This document shows, piece by piece, positions 23,754 to 36,700 of a DNA stretch of 64,000 nt. Position 1 is the first letter of the stretch. Each line of letters starts with the position of its first letter. The position numbers and the translations under genes are program-made. The stretch is from assembly GCF_004010195.1 (NCBI RefSeq), contig NC_057718.1, positions 74,845,889 through 74,909,888 of the forward strand, in the 5' to 3' direction. Under the pieces are notes generated by a model that made no database searches, had not been told where the DNA came from, and saw only the letters and a program-made list of their open reading frames with translations. Origin of the DNA: Chiloscyllium plagiosum (Eukaryota).

Positions 23754-24660
23754 CTAGTTTAAACCCACCCAAATTGCACTCGCAAATTTCCCACCCAGGA
23801 TATTAGTATCCCTCTGGTTCAAATGAAGACCGTCCTGTTTGTAGAGTTCCCACCTTCCCCAGAATGAGCCCCAATTATCTATAAATCTGAAACCCTCCCT
23901 CCTGCACCATCCCTGCAGCGACATGTTCAGCTGATATCTCTCCCTGTTCCTCATCTCGCCATCACGTAGCACGGGTACAACTCTGTTTGATCTTGCTCTC
24001 AGCTTCCAACCTAGATCCTTGAAATGCTGCCTTACATCCCTATCCCTCTTTCTACCTATATTGTTGATACCTATGTGGACCACAACTTGGGGCTGGTCAC
24101 CCTCTCCCTTCAGGACATGACCTGAGACATCACGGACCCTGGCACCTGGGAGGCAACACAACAACCATGAGTCTCTTTCGTTCCCAACAAGCCTTCTTTC
24201 TGACCCTCTCAAGATTGAGTCCCCAATGACTAACACTCTCGTCTTTTTCCCCGTTCCCTTCTGTGTAACAGGGACAGTCTCTGTGCCAGAGACCTGCACC
24301 CCAGTGCATGCCCCTGGTAAGTCATTTCTCCCTCAACAGTATCCAAAACGGTATACATGTTTTTCAGGGAAACGACCACAGGAGATCCCTGCACTGACTG
24401 TTTTTCCTGCTTCAAACAGTTACCCAGTTTTCTTTATGTCTAGGAGTGACTACTTCCCTGTAACTCTTATCTTTAACAGCCTCTGCTTCCCGAATTATCT
24501 GAAGTTCATCCAGCTCCCGCTCCAGTTCCCTAATGCGGTCTTGGAGGAGCAAGAGTTGGGTGCACTTCCTGCAGATGTACTTGGATGGAACACTAATGGC
24601 GTCCCTCACCTCAAACGTCATGCAGAAGGAACATTCCTCTCCCTGCACTGCTATCCCTGC
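23754..24660 (-). pseudogene. CR1 ORF1p (CxxC-CxxC, leucine zipper, SGNH esterase), frameshifted
   Basis: ECSFCMTF...YICRKCTQLLLLQDRIRELERELDEL; VIGDSILRG...HIGINNIG...QDGLHLN. Confidence 0.85.
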
Positions 24661-25981
24661 TACTGCCCTGATCAGAAAGTAAAAAAACGAAGAGAAGCTT
24701 ACCTGATGTGTCCCTTGTGTTTAAGGATAGAGGAGGTGGATGGGTGGGAGGCCCTACAAGGATAGGGTTTCGGGTTACGAAAACACTAATGTCATTTATG
24801 TAACGTCATCCGTTACTCCTGATGTGGTCTCCTTTACATTGGAGAGACAGGATGCCTACTTGCAGGGTGCTTCAGAGAACATCTCCGGGACACACGCACG
24901 AAGCAACCCCACCACCTTGTGGCCAAACACTTTAACTCCCCTTCCCACTCTGCCAAGGACACGCAGGTCCTAGACCTCCTCCATCGCCAAACCCTAACCA
25001 CCTGACGCCTGGAGGAGGAATACCTCATCTTCCATCTTGGGATCCTCTAACCACTTGGGATTAATGTGGACTTCACCAGTTTCCACATTTCCCACCTTTT
25101 CCCAGTTCCAACCTTCTAACTCGGCACCGCCCTCATGACGCTCTTGTCCATGTTCCTTCCCACCTATCCGTTCCATCCTCCGCGCCAATCTATCATCATT
25201 ACCTCCACCTAAATCTACCTATTGCACTCTCAGCTACCTTCCTCCCAGCCCCAAAATACTCCCATTTATCTCTCCACCCCCTTGGCTCACAAGCCTCATT
25301 CCTAAAGAAGGGCTAATGCCCAAAACGTCGATCCTCCTGCTCCTTGGATGCTGCCTGACCCGCTGTGCTTTTCCAGCATCACTCTCGACTTGAGAATGAA
25401 TAGTCTACTCCTGTTCTGTGTTTTAAATTTTCTTATTGTCTTAGGCTGTATTTGTTCTGGAGTGCATTTTGATGCAAACAAGCTTTTTGCATTTTTTTCC
25501 TCTTGTTGACTTTTTGACATTGTTGTTAATATAATAAAGAAAATTTGATGAACAAAGAAAGAAAAGAAGTCACACTCTCTGGTGACTGGAGCCCTGTTTC
25601 CCAGCAAACGTAGTCACGTTGTATTGGTCCTTGATTTTGTGGTTTAATGCTCAATGTTTCCACAGAAACACAGTCAACATTATGTTCCAGTTCATGTACC
25701 AACCTGAAGGCAAACACAATCTATGGACGTTATGATTTCAAAAGCTTGGAGAAAGGATATGACTATATCAAAGAAATAAACTTACCATCCATTACAGCCA
25801 TTAATCCTCTAGAGTGGGAAGAGCTCTGAATGGTCCTTTAACTTTGAAAGCCTGCAATTCCCATGCCATAAAGAGGCACCGTAAAAATCCCAATAAGTGA
25901 ATGCTATTCCCACAGGACAGATTCAGGACTTGGACACACTGTATTTCCTGCCACCCAAGGGAGAATCCAGCTCTTCCAAAA

Positions 25982-26470
25982 GAGTCATAGAGTTGTACAG
26001 CACGGAAACAGACCTTTCAGTCCAACCTGTCCATACCGACCAGATATCCTAATTAATCTAGTTCCATTTGCCAGTATTTAGCTCATATCCCTCTAAACCT
26101 TTCCTATACATGTACCCATCCAGATGCCTTTTAAATGGTGTAATTGCGCTTACTTCCATCGCTTCCTCTGGCAGCTCATTCCATGCACACCACCCTCTGT
26201 GAGAGAAAAGTTGCCCCTTAGGTCCGATTTAAATCTTTCTCCTTTCACTTTAAACCTATACCATGTAATTTTAGGCTCCCTTAGTCTGGGATAAATATTA
26301 GTAATTTACCCTATCCATGTCCCTCATGATTTTATAAATCTCTGTAAGGATAGCCTGCAATCTCCGATGCTCCAGAGAAAACCACCTCAGGCCATTCAGT
26401 CTCTCCCTATAGCTCAAACCCTCCAACCCCAGCAACGTTCTTGTAAATCTTTTCTGCATATTCAAGTTTA
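25982..26470 (-). mobile_element. CR1 3'-end fragment
   Basis: CR1 tail (GAGTCATAGAG...) and ORF2 C-terminal remnant; same family as 29025 and 49143. Confidence 0.8.
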
Positions 26471-28312
26471 ATCAACATATCTGAATGTTACTTCTAGAAC
26501 TGATTGCTTTCGGAGTGATTTAAATTGCTAAAAAACATCTATTGATCAAGTACTTTCAAATGTCCATGTATTCAGAAATTCTCCTATAAGGACTAATGAT
26601 TGTATTATGAAGAAGTGTGATTCAAGTATTAGTCTTCAAAAGATTATGCAGACCCATTAAATAAGGTGGTTTCTGCTGATACACAGAACCATAAGCAACT
26701 GTACATAGGCACAATTCTAGACAGATTATGCCATTGCATAAATATTTGTTGGCCTTTTGCCTCATTCACAGCCCTTCCTCTCCATTCCAGGTATCCATTC
26801 TCCACCACCTCTTCCTTTGCCCCCTGCTTCCTCTCCACACCCATTCATTATCTGAGGTTACCCCTTTCCTCTCTCTCACTCGTCCCTCTATTCTTCTGTC
26901 TCCCCTTCCCGCCATTCACAGCTGCATCCCATTTAAACCCAAATATGTTTAAGCAGTGTGTTGTGTTTATGTGCTGGATCAGTAGGCATGGCTTATCAAT
27001 ATATCTTGAACTTTTAAACATTTAGTAAATTGGTGCAACAACAATAATGTTGCATCTGCAAGAAATGGAAAGTTGAGGCAGAGTAATTCAGTCAGGAGAA
27101 CTTTCAGAAAGACATAACATGACCCAGTTTGTGAAAGGTATTTCATTTCTGAATGCACAGAGAAGTTATGACCACCCATAGAAGCTACAGTTCATTGTTC
27201 TCTCTTTTTGCAACGCCTCTCAGCAAAATATGAAAGCTGTAAACATACCAAAAGTCACCTTTACCATTTCAGGGAGAATTTCGAGAGGATTTGCTTGAAC
27301 TCTACCAGACTGTGTGGAACAAAAGGAATTCAATAAACTACTGTTCTAAAAGAAAGTCCCATGGTTAGCAGCTTGTGCAGTATATCTTTGGAATCAGAAC
27401 ATCATTTAGGACAATCTTTGACTTATCTATTTTTCATGAGTTTAATTATTACTTGACTAAAACAGTTTAAAGTTACCTCTGCAGAATTTTCATTCTTTTC
27501 TTTTTCCTCAGACTTGTGTGTTAATATTTTTATAGATATTTCTAGTCACAATTTAAGTTTTTGTCAATAATGTTTGAATTTTGTTTGAGTAAGCTTGTAT
27601 TTGGTAATAAACTAGTAAATTGGTGCTGACTAAAGAAACATGGATGCCTTGTTATTAAGAATAAACCTGACACCGTCTCACACTTCCAATTTAAAACTTG
27701 TTGTGACCTGTGAAAGAGTGAGACTCAAATGGAGCAGTGCATTGCACCAATCTCAGTTGTAGCAATTGTTATAATAACAGATACATTATAAATAGCATCT
27801 AAATATAAACTTTCTTTCCTTTCAGATGGCAATTCATACCATGGCAGTCATGGAAGTAAAGGGTGTTTTGAGAAGCATATTCTACACATTAACTTAGATT
27901 CATGTGGTGAACATACAATTCTTAGTGCACCTTCATTACATCAATGTAAAATTGCTAAGATCAACACTTCTTGTAGAAAACACAGAGTTTAATTTCAGCA
28001 GGATGAAATCGAGACCAAGGATATTAATATTCAGAGTATTCTCAATATTGGCCACCTGTGAAAAACATGCTCTGCAGCAAGTCCTGGAATTTAAAGCAGC
28101 AATGTTATAATCAACCACTACATGCATGAAAAGTACTTTAGATGGCACAGTGATGAGTACATTGTAACATCATTAGTTTATCTCTGAGATGTAGAGAAAA
28201 GGCCCTCGGAATTACTTAGATGTCTTCTCAAAATGGAATTCCAGCCTAAATGTATCATAAAACATAGTTAAACTGAACATAAGACTCAAAACAGGACTGA
28301 AATTTATTTATT

Positions 28313-28635
28313 TGTGGGCGGCACGGTGGCACAGTGGTTAGCACTGTGGTTAACCCAGAGACCCGGGTTCAATTCCCGCCTCAGGCGACTCACTGTGTGG
28401 AGTTTGCACATTCTCCCCGTGTCTGCGTGGGTTTCCTCCGGGTACTCCGGTTTCCTCCCACATTCCAAAACTGTGCAGGTCAGGTGAATCGGCCATGTTA
28501 AATTGCCCGTAGTGTTAGGTGAAGGGGTAAATGTAGGGGAATGGATCTGGGTGGGTTGCGCTTCGGTGGGTCGGTGTGGACTTGTTGGGCCGAAGGGCCT
28601 GTTTCCACACTGTAAGTAATCTAATCTAATCTAAT
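28313..28635 (+). mobile_element. HE1 SINE, full length
   Basis: Head, B box, body, (CTAAT)n tail. Confidence 0.9.
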
Positions 28636-28876
28636 GATAGGAGGATATTATTAAGGGTTAAACTCAGGACTATTATGCGAGTGGTCTCTAAAACATGCCA
28701 TCAAATCAAATTTTGAACCTTTTGCTTACAGAAAAGATAAATTGTCTGATTTATTTAGGTATTTGTGCCTCATTATCTTTGACAACTTCAAAGACATTTA
28801 GGTAACTGAAATAAAAACAATAACAAGCCTTCTTGCAGATGTGGCACCTATTTGATAAATTTCACTTTAATATATA

Positions 28877-29016
28877 CAGAGGAATCTTGATTATTCGAAT
28901 GACACAAGTGAGAAGTATTTTGTCGGATGATCGAATGCCAAGCCTCAGGACCTTGCAATCTTTCTGGATAATCCAAAATTCGGATAATCGAATGCTGGAT
29001 AATTGAGGTTCCTCTG
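28877..29016. mobile_element. Tc1/mariner-pogo (Tigger-like) MITE
   Basis: TA|CAGAGGAATCTTGATTAT ... ATAATTGAGGTTCCTCTG|TA: imperfect TIRs and a TA target duplication. Internal GGATAATC repeats. Confidence 0.75.
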
Positions 29017-29024
29017 TATAGGAA

Positions 29025-29530
29025 TGTGTCATGAAGCCATACAACGTGAAAAAGACCCTTCAGTCCAACTGATCCATGCCAACCAAGTTTCCCAAACTAA
29101 ACTAGCATTAGGTCTATATCCCTCTAAAACTTCCCTTTTCATATACCCGTCCAAAAGTCTTTTAAATGTTGTAATGGACCTGCATCTATCACTTCTTTTG
29201 GCAGTTCATTCCACATTTGAACCATCTTCTGTGTAAAAATAGTTGCCCCTCAGGTCTCTTAAATCTTTCTCCTCTCACCTTAAAAATATGTCCCCTAGTT
29301 TTGAACTTTCCCATATAGGAAAAAGACCTTTGTTATTCATCTTATCCTATGCCTCTCATGATTTTATAAACCTCTATAAGGTCACCCCTCAACCTCCTGT
29401 GGTCCAGTAGATAAATGCCCCAGCCTTGGGTCTTACTTTTTAACTCAAACTTGCTAGGCCTTGGAACATCCTGGTAAATCCTTTCTGGTCCTTCTCCTAT
29501 TTAATAATATTCTTCCTATAGCAGGGTGTT
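29025..29530 (-). mobile_element. CR1 3'-end fragment
   Basis: Homologous to 25982-26470. Confidence 0.8.
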
Positions 29531-30133
29531 GTACAAAAATTGGTGTGGGAGAAATATGTTTCAATTCATGGGGAATGGGCATCAGTAATCATGTAGAAGC
29601 AAGCTGCTCTGTTAGGACAGGCTTCACTTAAACCCTGCTGAATTGAATAACTAGGGCTGTAGCTTGGTATATCTCTCATTAGACTTTCTTTATCTCCATT
29701 AAATGCAGGTTCTCTTCGTTGGTTGGAAAAAAGATTGATCTCCTCATCCCTTACAGCTAGTGGATGAGGATACTTTTACAAGTACAAAATACATTTCAGG
29801 CTAATAGTAAAAGTTTATATAACTTAAATTTATATCTACACTCATCACTTTCAGGCAGAGATAAGTATTGCAATTGCAAGTTGTCTGTGATCAAGGAATG
29901 AGAGAGTAAAGTTAACTATCTCTTTTCACAATTACACTTAGATTCAGCAAGAACACAGGTTCCTAGTGGAAAATATAACCTCATAATTTTAATTGGTCAA
30001 CTACTTAAAGAGACTGTGCCAAGGGCAATCTCTCACTTTTCAACAACCCAAGGCATTGGTCCCAGTCATAATTTGATAGTCACCAACCTAGTTAACTTGA
30101 ATTACTGTGATTTCTGATCAGCCTTTAACTATT

Positions 30134-30233
30134 GGGTAGCATGGTAGCTCAGTAGTTAGCATTGCTTCCTCACAGCACTAAGGATCTGGGTTTGACTCCA
30201 CCTTAGGTGACTTTTTGTGTGGAGTTTGCACAT
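30134..30233 (+). mobile_element. HE1-like SINE head fragment
   Basis: GGGTAGCATGGTAGCTCAGTAGTTAGCATTGC...GTGTGGAGTTTGCACATT. Confidence 0.65.
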
Positions 30234-31746
30234 TTTGTATGGTGAATCACACAGCTATTACCATCTTGTATTGTGTGGTTTGATGCAACACTATGAGTTT
30301 GGGTTTAGGAGAGGTTGATTGAAATGAAGTGAAAGTCAAGAACTGTCTACAAGCTTAGACTTCAATGTAACGTTATTTATTAAACTTTAAGACTACGTAT
30401 TACTGTACGTGGTATTTGATTTGATTTGATTTATTGCAGTTATGTGTACCTAAGTACAGTGGAAAGCTTTGTTTGCAAGCAGTATAGGCAGATCATAGTA
30501 ATCAAGGACATACAGATCACAGGGTGCTTAGACAGAGTGAGGCTTCCAGGTTACACTGTACAAGAGGTGCACAAAGCTAGATGAACATTAACAAGATCAA
30601 CATTATTTGAAGTTAGAGAGGCCATTCATCAGTCGACTAACGGTAGGGAAGAAGCTGCCCTTGAACTTGTTGGTGTGTGTGTTCATGCTTCTGTATCTTC
30701 TGCCTGATGGAAGAGGTTTTTCCAGGGTGGAAGGGGTGTTTGATGATGTTGGCAGCCTTTCTGCAGCTACAAGAAGTGTAAGTGAACAGAAGGTTCACTT
30801 CTATGATGGTCTGGGCTGAGCACGCAACTTTCCTGGATAAGGCAGTTGTTGTACCGGGCCTTTGTGCACTGGGATAGTAAGCTTTCTATGGTGCATCTGT
30901 AAAAGTTGTTGAGGGTCCTTATGGACATTCCAAATTTCCTGAGTCATCTGAGGAAGGAGAGGCATTGCTGTGCCTTCTTGACCATCGCATCTATGTGGGA
31001 AGTCCAGGACAGGTTGTCATCTCTCCTAGGAATGTGACCCTCTCAACCCTCTCACTCTCTGCTCCACTGATATAGGTGGGGATGTGTTCTCCTCCTTTCT
31101 TTCTTAAAATCAAAGCTTACTTCATTTGTTTTGCTGATATTGAGAGAGAGAGGTTGTTATCATTGCACCACGACAGCAAGCCCTCTATCTCCTTCCTGCA
31201 TTCTGACACATCACTGTTCGCTATCCGTCCTACCATGGTGGTGTTCTCAGCTAATTTGTAGATGGCAATTGTTTGGAATGAGGCTACACATTTGTGGGGA
31301 TACAGGAAGTACAGTAGTGGGTTGAGAATGCATCCTTGGGAGGTCTTCAGTGTTGAGTGTTTTCATAGAGGAGATGCAGTTGTCTATTATCACTGATTGT
31401 GGTCTATGGGTCAGGAAGCTGAGGATCCAGTTTCAGAGGGTAGAGCCAAGACTGGTTCTTGGAATTTTAATATCAATCTGGAAGGGATAACGGTGTCCTT
31501 TTGTCCAGATGTTCCCGGGATGAGTGCAGGGCTGGGGAAATGGCATCCACTGTGGACCTGTCATCTCAGGGGGAAAATTGCAGGGAATAGAGGCAGGCAG
31601 GGAGACTGAGGTTGATGTGGGCCATGACAAGCCTCTCAAAGCACTTTATGATTATGGAGATCAGAGCCACTGAGCAGTAGTCATTAAGGCACGTTTAACA
31701 TGCTTTCTTTGGTACTGGAACGATGGTGGTCTTCTTGAAGCAGGTA

Positions 31747-32073
31747 GATTAGATTAGATTAGATTACAGTGTGGAAACAGGCCCTTCGGCCCAACAAGTC
31801 CACACCGACCCGCCGAAGCGAAACCCACCCATACCCCTACATTTACCCCTTACCTAACACTACGGGCAATTTAGTATGGCCAATTAACCTAACCTGCACA
31901 TCTTTGGACTGTGGGAGGAAACCGGAGCACCCGGAGGAAACCCACGCAGACACGGGGAGAACGTGCAAACTCCACACAGTCAGTCGCCTGAGTCGGGAAT
32001 TGAACCCGGGTCTCTGGCGCTGCGAGGCAGCAGTGCTAACCACTGTGCCACCGTGCCGCCCACCGTGCCGCCC
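31747..32073 (-). mobile_element. HE1 SINE inserted in the Rex LINE
   Basis: Full length. AGGTAG repeated on both sides (31742-31747, 32079-32084). Duplicated head GGGCGGCACGGT-GGGCGGCACGGTGGC. Confidence 0.9.
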
Positions 32074-32549
32074 AAACAAGGTAGGGACTTCAGCTTGTAC
32101 GGGGGAGAGATTGAAGATGTTGATGAATATCTCCACCAAATGGTCTGCACAGGATCTAATTACACAGCCGGGGATACTGTCTGGGTCTGTCGCTTTCCTC
32201 AGGTTGACTCTCCGAAAGACCAATCTAATGTGATGGAGGAAACAGGTGACACTATGCCACTGGCATTCTGCTCAAACCAAGCATAGAAAGCACTGAGCGC
32301 CTTAGGGAGGGATGTGTTTTTGTCTGCTTTCTTACTCTGCTTCATTTGGTATCTCCTGATGTTGTTTAGGTCTTGCCACAGATGGCAGGTTTCTATATGG
32401 TTGGCTTAGGCCTCTAATTTGGTCCAGTACTGCCTCTTAGCATCTTTGATGGCTTTGCGGAGATCATATCTGGATTTTCTGCACAGGTCTGGGTAGTCCG
32501 ACTTGAATGCTGCACGCTTGATCTTCAGCTGGCAGTGGATTTCTCAGTT

Positions 32550-32717
32550 ATAGAACATAGAACATAGAACAGTACAGGCCTTTCGGCCCACTATGTTGTG
32601 CTGAGCATTTATCTTAATCTCAGATCAATCTGACCTACACACTCCTCCATTTCCTGCCATCCATGTGCTTGTCCAGCAGTTGCTTAAATGTCCCTAATGT
32701 CTCTAATGTCCCTAATG
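32550..32717 (-). mobile_element. CR1 3' tail fragment inserted in the Rex LINE
   Basis: (AGAACAT)n tail plus GGCCTTTCGGCCC motif. Confidence 0.75.
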
Positions 32718-33227
32718 CTCATCCAAGGTTTCTGGTTGTGCGACACACAGATTGACTTCATTGCCATGCAGTCCTCCACGCACTTGCTAAAGAAGTCAGT
32801 GACTAATCATAGTTTTCAACAATTTGACTCATAGATTATATAAAACTGTTTTCTTCACATGTTTGTAACCTGATTTAGCTTGGCTCATCATGTCTCTCAG
32901 ACCAAAATAACTATCAGCTTTTCTCTGTACAGTGTCCCATAGAAAACCTAAACCTAAGGCAAGTTTTCTAGAGTGGAACTCATGTGCAACCTCATCCCAT
33001 ACGTTGTTTTACCCCAATCGTGCCCAATTACTCAGCATATTTCATCTCACCTCAATGCTGTCCTCTAAAACTGTATAAAGCCTATCTGTAGTGTATATAA
33101 GACATTTTTGGGATTTCATGGCAGAAATTGTCTAAGAGTGGATTTAAAGCCTAATTGAAATAGTTTTGCTTCATCTTCTCTTCTTCCATGCTTGTGTAAA
33201 GCAAAAAAAAGACAGTTCCATATATAT

Positions 33228-33350
33228 AGGTGAAAGTGAGGACTGCAGATGCTGGAGATTAGAATCAAGAATGTGGTGCTGGAAAAGCACAGCAGGTCAG
33301 GCGGCATCCGAAGAGCAGGAAAATCAATGTTTAGGCAAAAGTCCTTCATC
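33228..33350 (-). mobile_element. PLE pLTR fragment (family A)
   Basis: Reverse of the GATGAAGG.CTTTTGCC.AAAC...GATGC.GCCTGACCTGCTG unit. Confidence 0.75.
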
Positions 33351-33632
33351 TGTTTGTTATCATTTTTCTACATGGAAGGACATGCAGAGTAGTCCAGGGC
33401 TAACTGGCAGGCTTGTGATGAGGTGACAAGTCAGAAAAGCAGAAGTGTTACAATGCAAAAGGAGGCCATTTGGTTTATCATCTGTACACTGGCTTCTTTA
33501 ATGAGTGTCATTATCCAGTACTGTTCTTCTGCTTTCTCTCCACATCACATAATCTTCCGCATCATTTCTGTACAAATAATCATCCAATATCCTCTTAAAT
33601 ACTTAACTTAAACCTGCCTCCACCACACTTCT

Positions 33633-33789
33633 ATTATGTTTGTGGTTCACCAGGGACTTGAACAGGGAATACTTTTATGTAGATCTTTTAGCTCCACAGT
33701 CGGTTTTGTGTCTGCTGCTGGTGGCCCCTGCATTCAGGTCACCTGACCCACTCTCTTAAAGGAGCCACGCACACCCAACTACATACACA
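33633..33789 (-). repeat. Short Gypsy 3' LTR
   Basis: Follows the PPT. Starts TGTGTATG, contains CCTTTAAGAG and ATAAAAG. Right boundary firm, left approximate. Confidence 0.6.
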
Positions 33790-36700
33790 ATATCCCTCCC
33801 CCTTTATTTCAATACTTGTCTTAACAACATACCCAATAATTATAGCTATTATACAAGCTTTGTAGTTAGCATTTGTAAACTGCCTGGGATATTTAAAAAA
33901 ACATGGAAAAAAAAACAACCCTTCCATAGACAATATTGACATGATCAGTCTCTAAGGGAAATGGTGAAACCTAGAAGACTGCCCTCTCATCTCAGGAGCC
34001 TTTTCGAGTGTAGTGTCCCAGGCTTCAATAGGTTCTTGTTGTTCCGCAGATACACCCTTCTCTGGCTGTTGTTGCCCTGTGATGCACTGTTGTCTCCTCC
34101 CTGGATATGGCCAACACGGGCACGGACTCTCATGACTCAATTGACACTACTGGTACCAACTGGATTGGCTCAGTACTTTGAGGGACATCCCTTCACCACC
34201 CCACTCCTCCAGCCATCCCCATTGGTGAGGTGTAGTGGTCAGCTAGCACACTGGTCTCCTCCAGACCAGTTCATCCCTAGTCTACACTATAGATGTATAA
34301 TTCTAGGCCAGCATGGTGTCTCCTCTTTGGAATACCCTTGAGCATGTGGTTTTTATTACCTCCCTGCTCTTTTCCAGCTAGTAAAACAAACATCGTTCTC
34401 AGATCGTGGTTGAACATTAAGGACACCTGCGAGCAATGTGTGATTGCGGTGTGGCATGCTCCTGTCCATGTTGATGGACTTTGTTGATTCATTATCCCAG
34501 TGACTCTATGAGGCCCGCTTCAATGTTTGTACAAATCTCAGCACCTGGTCCTTTGTCAACAGGTGATAGGGAGTTGCTCTCACAAGTCTGACACTGTGAT
34601 TTCCCAGGTACTTCTCCAACTCCTGAGCCACAAACTTTGGACCATTGTTACTCATGACTTGTTTGGGGTTCCCAAACCTGGCAAAGAATTCATCCAGCCA
34701 GACTATCATTGCTTCTGCTGATACTGATTCCGTAACCACCACCATGGACCACTTGGAGTGAGCATCTATGACTACTAGTAACATCAGTCCCTCTACTAGT
34801 CCCACGGACACAAAGCGAATCTGTTGCCATGGTGATTGAGGCCATTCCCATAGGTGAAGGGGCAGCAATGGTGGCACCTTCCTTACTAATGCACACGATT
34901 CACATGATCCCGATTTCTCCTCAATCTGGGTGTCCACATTCAGTCACCAAAAATAGCTTCTGCTTATTTCTTTCATTTATACCTTGCCTGGATGCCATTG
35001 GTGCACTTGTTCCAGCACCTTTCCTCTTAATGGGGAAAGGATAATAACTCTTATTCCCAACATTAACACCCATTTGATATGGATAACTCCCACCTTTTGG
35101 ACAGGTTAGGGTGTAATTCTGGGCAGGTTCTGTGACAAGTCCTTCCTCTCAGGACCAAGTCCACCACTTGGCTCAAAACCAAATTATTCTGGATAGTGTT
35201 CCGTACCTGACTCATTGACACTGGTACCTTGTCTTGCTGGGAAAAGTCTATACATTTCTGGTTCCAGCCAAGAAATATTTATTTCCGGTAGTGGTAACCT
35301 TGATGGGGCATTTGTATTCCTTCTCTGCCTGTTGGTATCTGATTTCACATGAGTGGTCTGGCATAGCCAGTACCCATCTCTGCGGGCATTGATATTATTA
35401 CCGTACACGGACCAAAAATGAAGGTTAGCAACCTGTGATTTGTCAGCAGCATGAAGTGCCTGCCGTAAAGGAAATGAGTAAACTTCTTAACACGGAACAC
35501 GATGCTTAATCCTTCCTTTTTCACTTTGGAATTTTTTTCTTCCATCTTCGTTAATGGCCTAACTGCAGATGCAAATGCAATGGGCCTTTCCTTTCCATTC
35601 AGCAAGATGTGTGACAGTACAGCACCAACACCATAAGGAACGTTGCTACAAGTTAACTATAGTGGTAACTTCTGGTCCAAATGCGTTAACACCTCTGCCT
35701 TTCTTTGGGTCTTGCTTCACCTCCTCACATTCCTGGGTCCATTTCCACAGTTGCCCTTTTTCAGCAACCAATGCAGGAGTTTTAGCATGGTTGCCAGAGC
35801 AGACATCTCAATTCAGACATATTCTCTGCCTATGAGCTTCCGTAATGGCTTCCATTTTCCTGGGTGCTTTGTGTTGTCCCTTGCCAAGTACTTTATGACC
35901 CAGGTACTTTATGAAGATTTTAATAAAACTTGCAATTTTCCTTCTTCGCTTGTAGGCCATGGTCTTGCAAACTTTTTATGGTTTCTACTAAGATTTTCAA
36001 ATGCTTCACTTCAGAGAATCCAGTTCCCAAAATATCATCCAAATAACTCTAGCCATCTGACAATACACTCAAAAACAGTTCTATGGCCCTCTGGAATAGA
36101 CGCAGAGCTGGTATGATGCCAAAAGGATGTCCCTTGTAGTGGAACAGTCACCTGTGTGTCACTATTGTCGGCAGTGGCTGGAACTCCTTTGCATCCCCAT
36201 TTGCAAACTGGCCTGAGAAAGATCCATTTTTGAGAATTTCTTTCCAACTGAACAGGTTCTCAGTGAGTGGAACTGGGTATTGATCCGCACTCAGGGCTGG
36301 GTTGGCCATGATCTTAAAGTCAGCATAAATCCTCATCTCACAATCTGTCCTTAAGACTGAAATGATTGGCATTTCCAATGCTCTCAAGTTCACTAGCTGT
36401 TCCAATTCCATCTCCATGTTAGACCTGTCTGGTGGATAATGTGGACAGTGCCTTCATGCTCCTTGGACAAGCTTCCTGCTTCATTCAAAGTTTAATTTCT
36501 ACTCCTTTTATTTACCCCAGGGTCATGTGAAAACATCTTTATTCCTTCCAAAATCTTTTGCAAACGCATTTTTGACTCTACCAGCCTATTAATCATGCCC
36601 CAATTTAACTTTAATTTCTGTAACGAGGAACATCTGAATAAGGCAGAGTAGTTGCCTTTCACTCCATACAAAGGCAATTTCGGCAACTGGTCCCTTAGTT

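Larger units (their letters stand above)
20846..24785 (-). mobile_element. Near full-length CR1 (HER1-like) LINE, about 3.9 kb, decayed
   Basis: 5'UTR, ORF1 (zinc finger, leucine zipper, esterase), ORF2 (APE and RT) and 3' tail GGGCCGAAGGGCCTGTTCTG are collinear. Confidence 0.9.
20060..25390 (+). mobile_element. Penelope-like element 3' half (RT thumb, GIY-YIG, pLTR), split by a CR1 insertion
   Basis: 20060-20845: RYIDD...FTWTTSDTSLPILDLSI...YKPTDSYSYLDYTSSHP...CKNCKTC. Resumes at about 24790 with GIY-YIG (LYIGET...HFNSPSH) and a pLTR with a mutated hammerhead core at about 25300. Confidence 0.85.
30414..32805 (-). mobile_element. Rex1/Babar-type LINE, 5'-truncated and decayed
   Basis: LRKATDPDSIPGCVIRSCADHLVEIFINIFNLS..QAEVPT(CFKKTTIVPVPK). 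The 3' tail reads AATAAATCAAATCAAATCAAA on minus (30414-30440). Confidence 0.8.

Noticed and set aside
24668..24705. Donor GTAAGC plus pyrimidine tract and AG in the CR1 5'UTR (minus)
   Set aside because: Spacing is only about 35 nt, too short for a normal intron, and there is no other support.
27000..27770. Possible old solo LTR
   Set aside because: Composition is suggestive, but I could not support termini, a TSD or a second copy.
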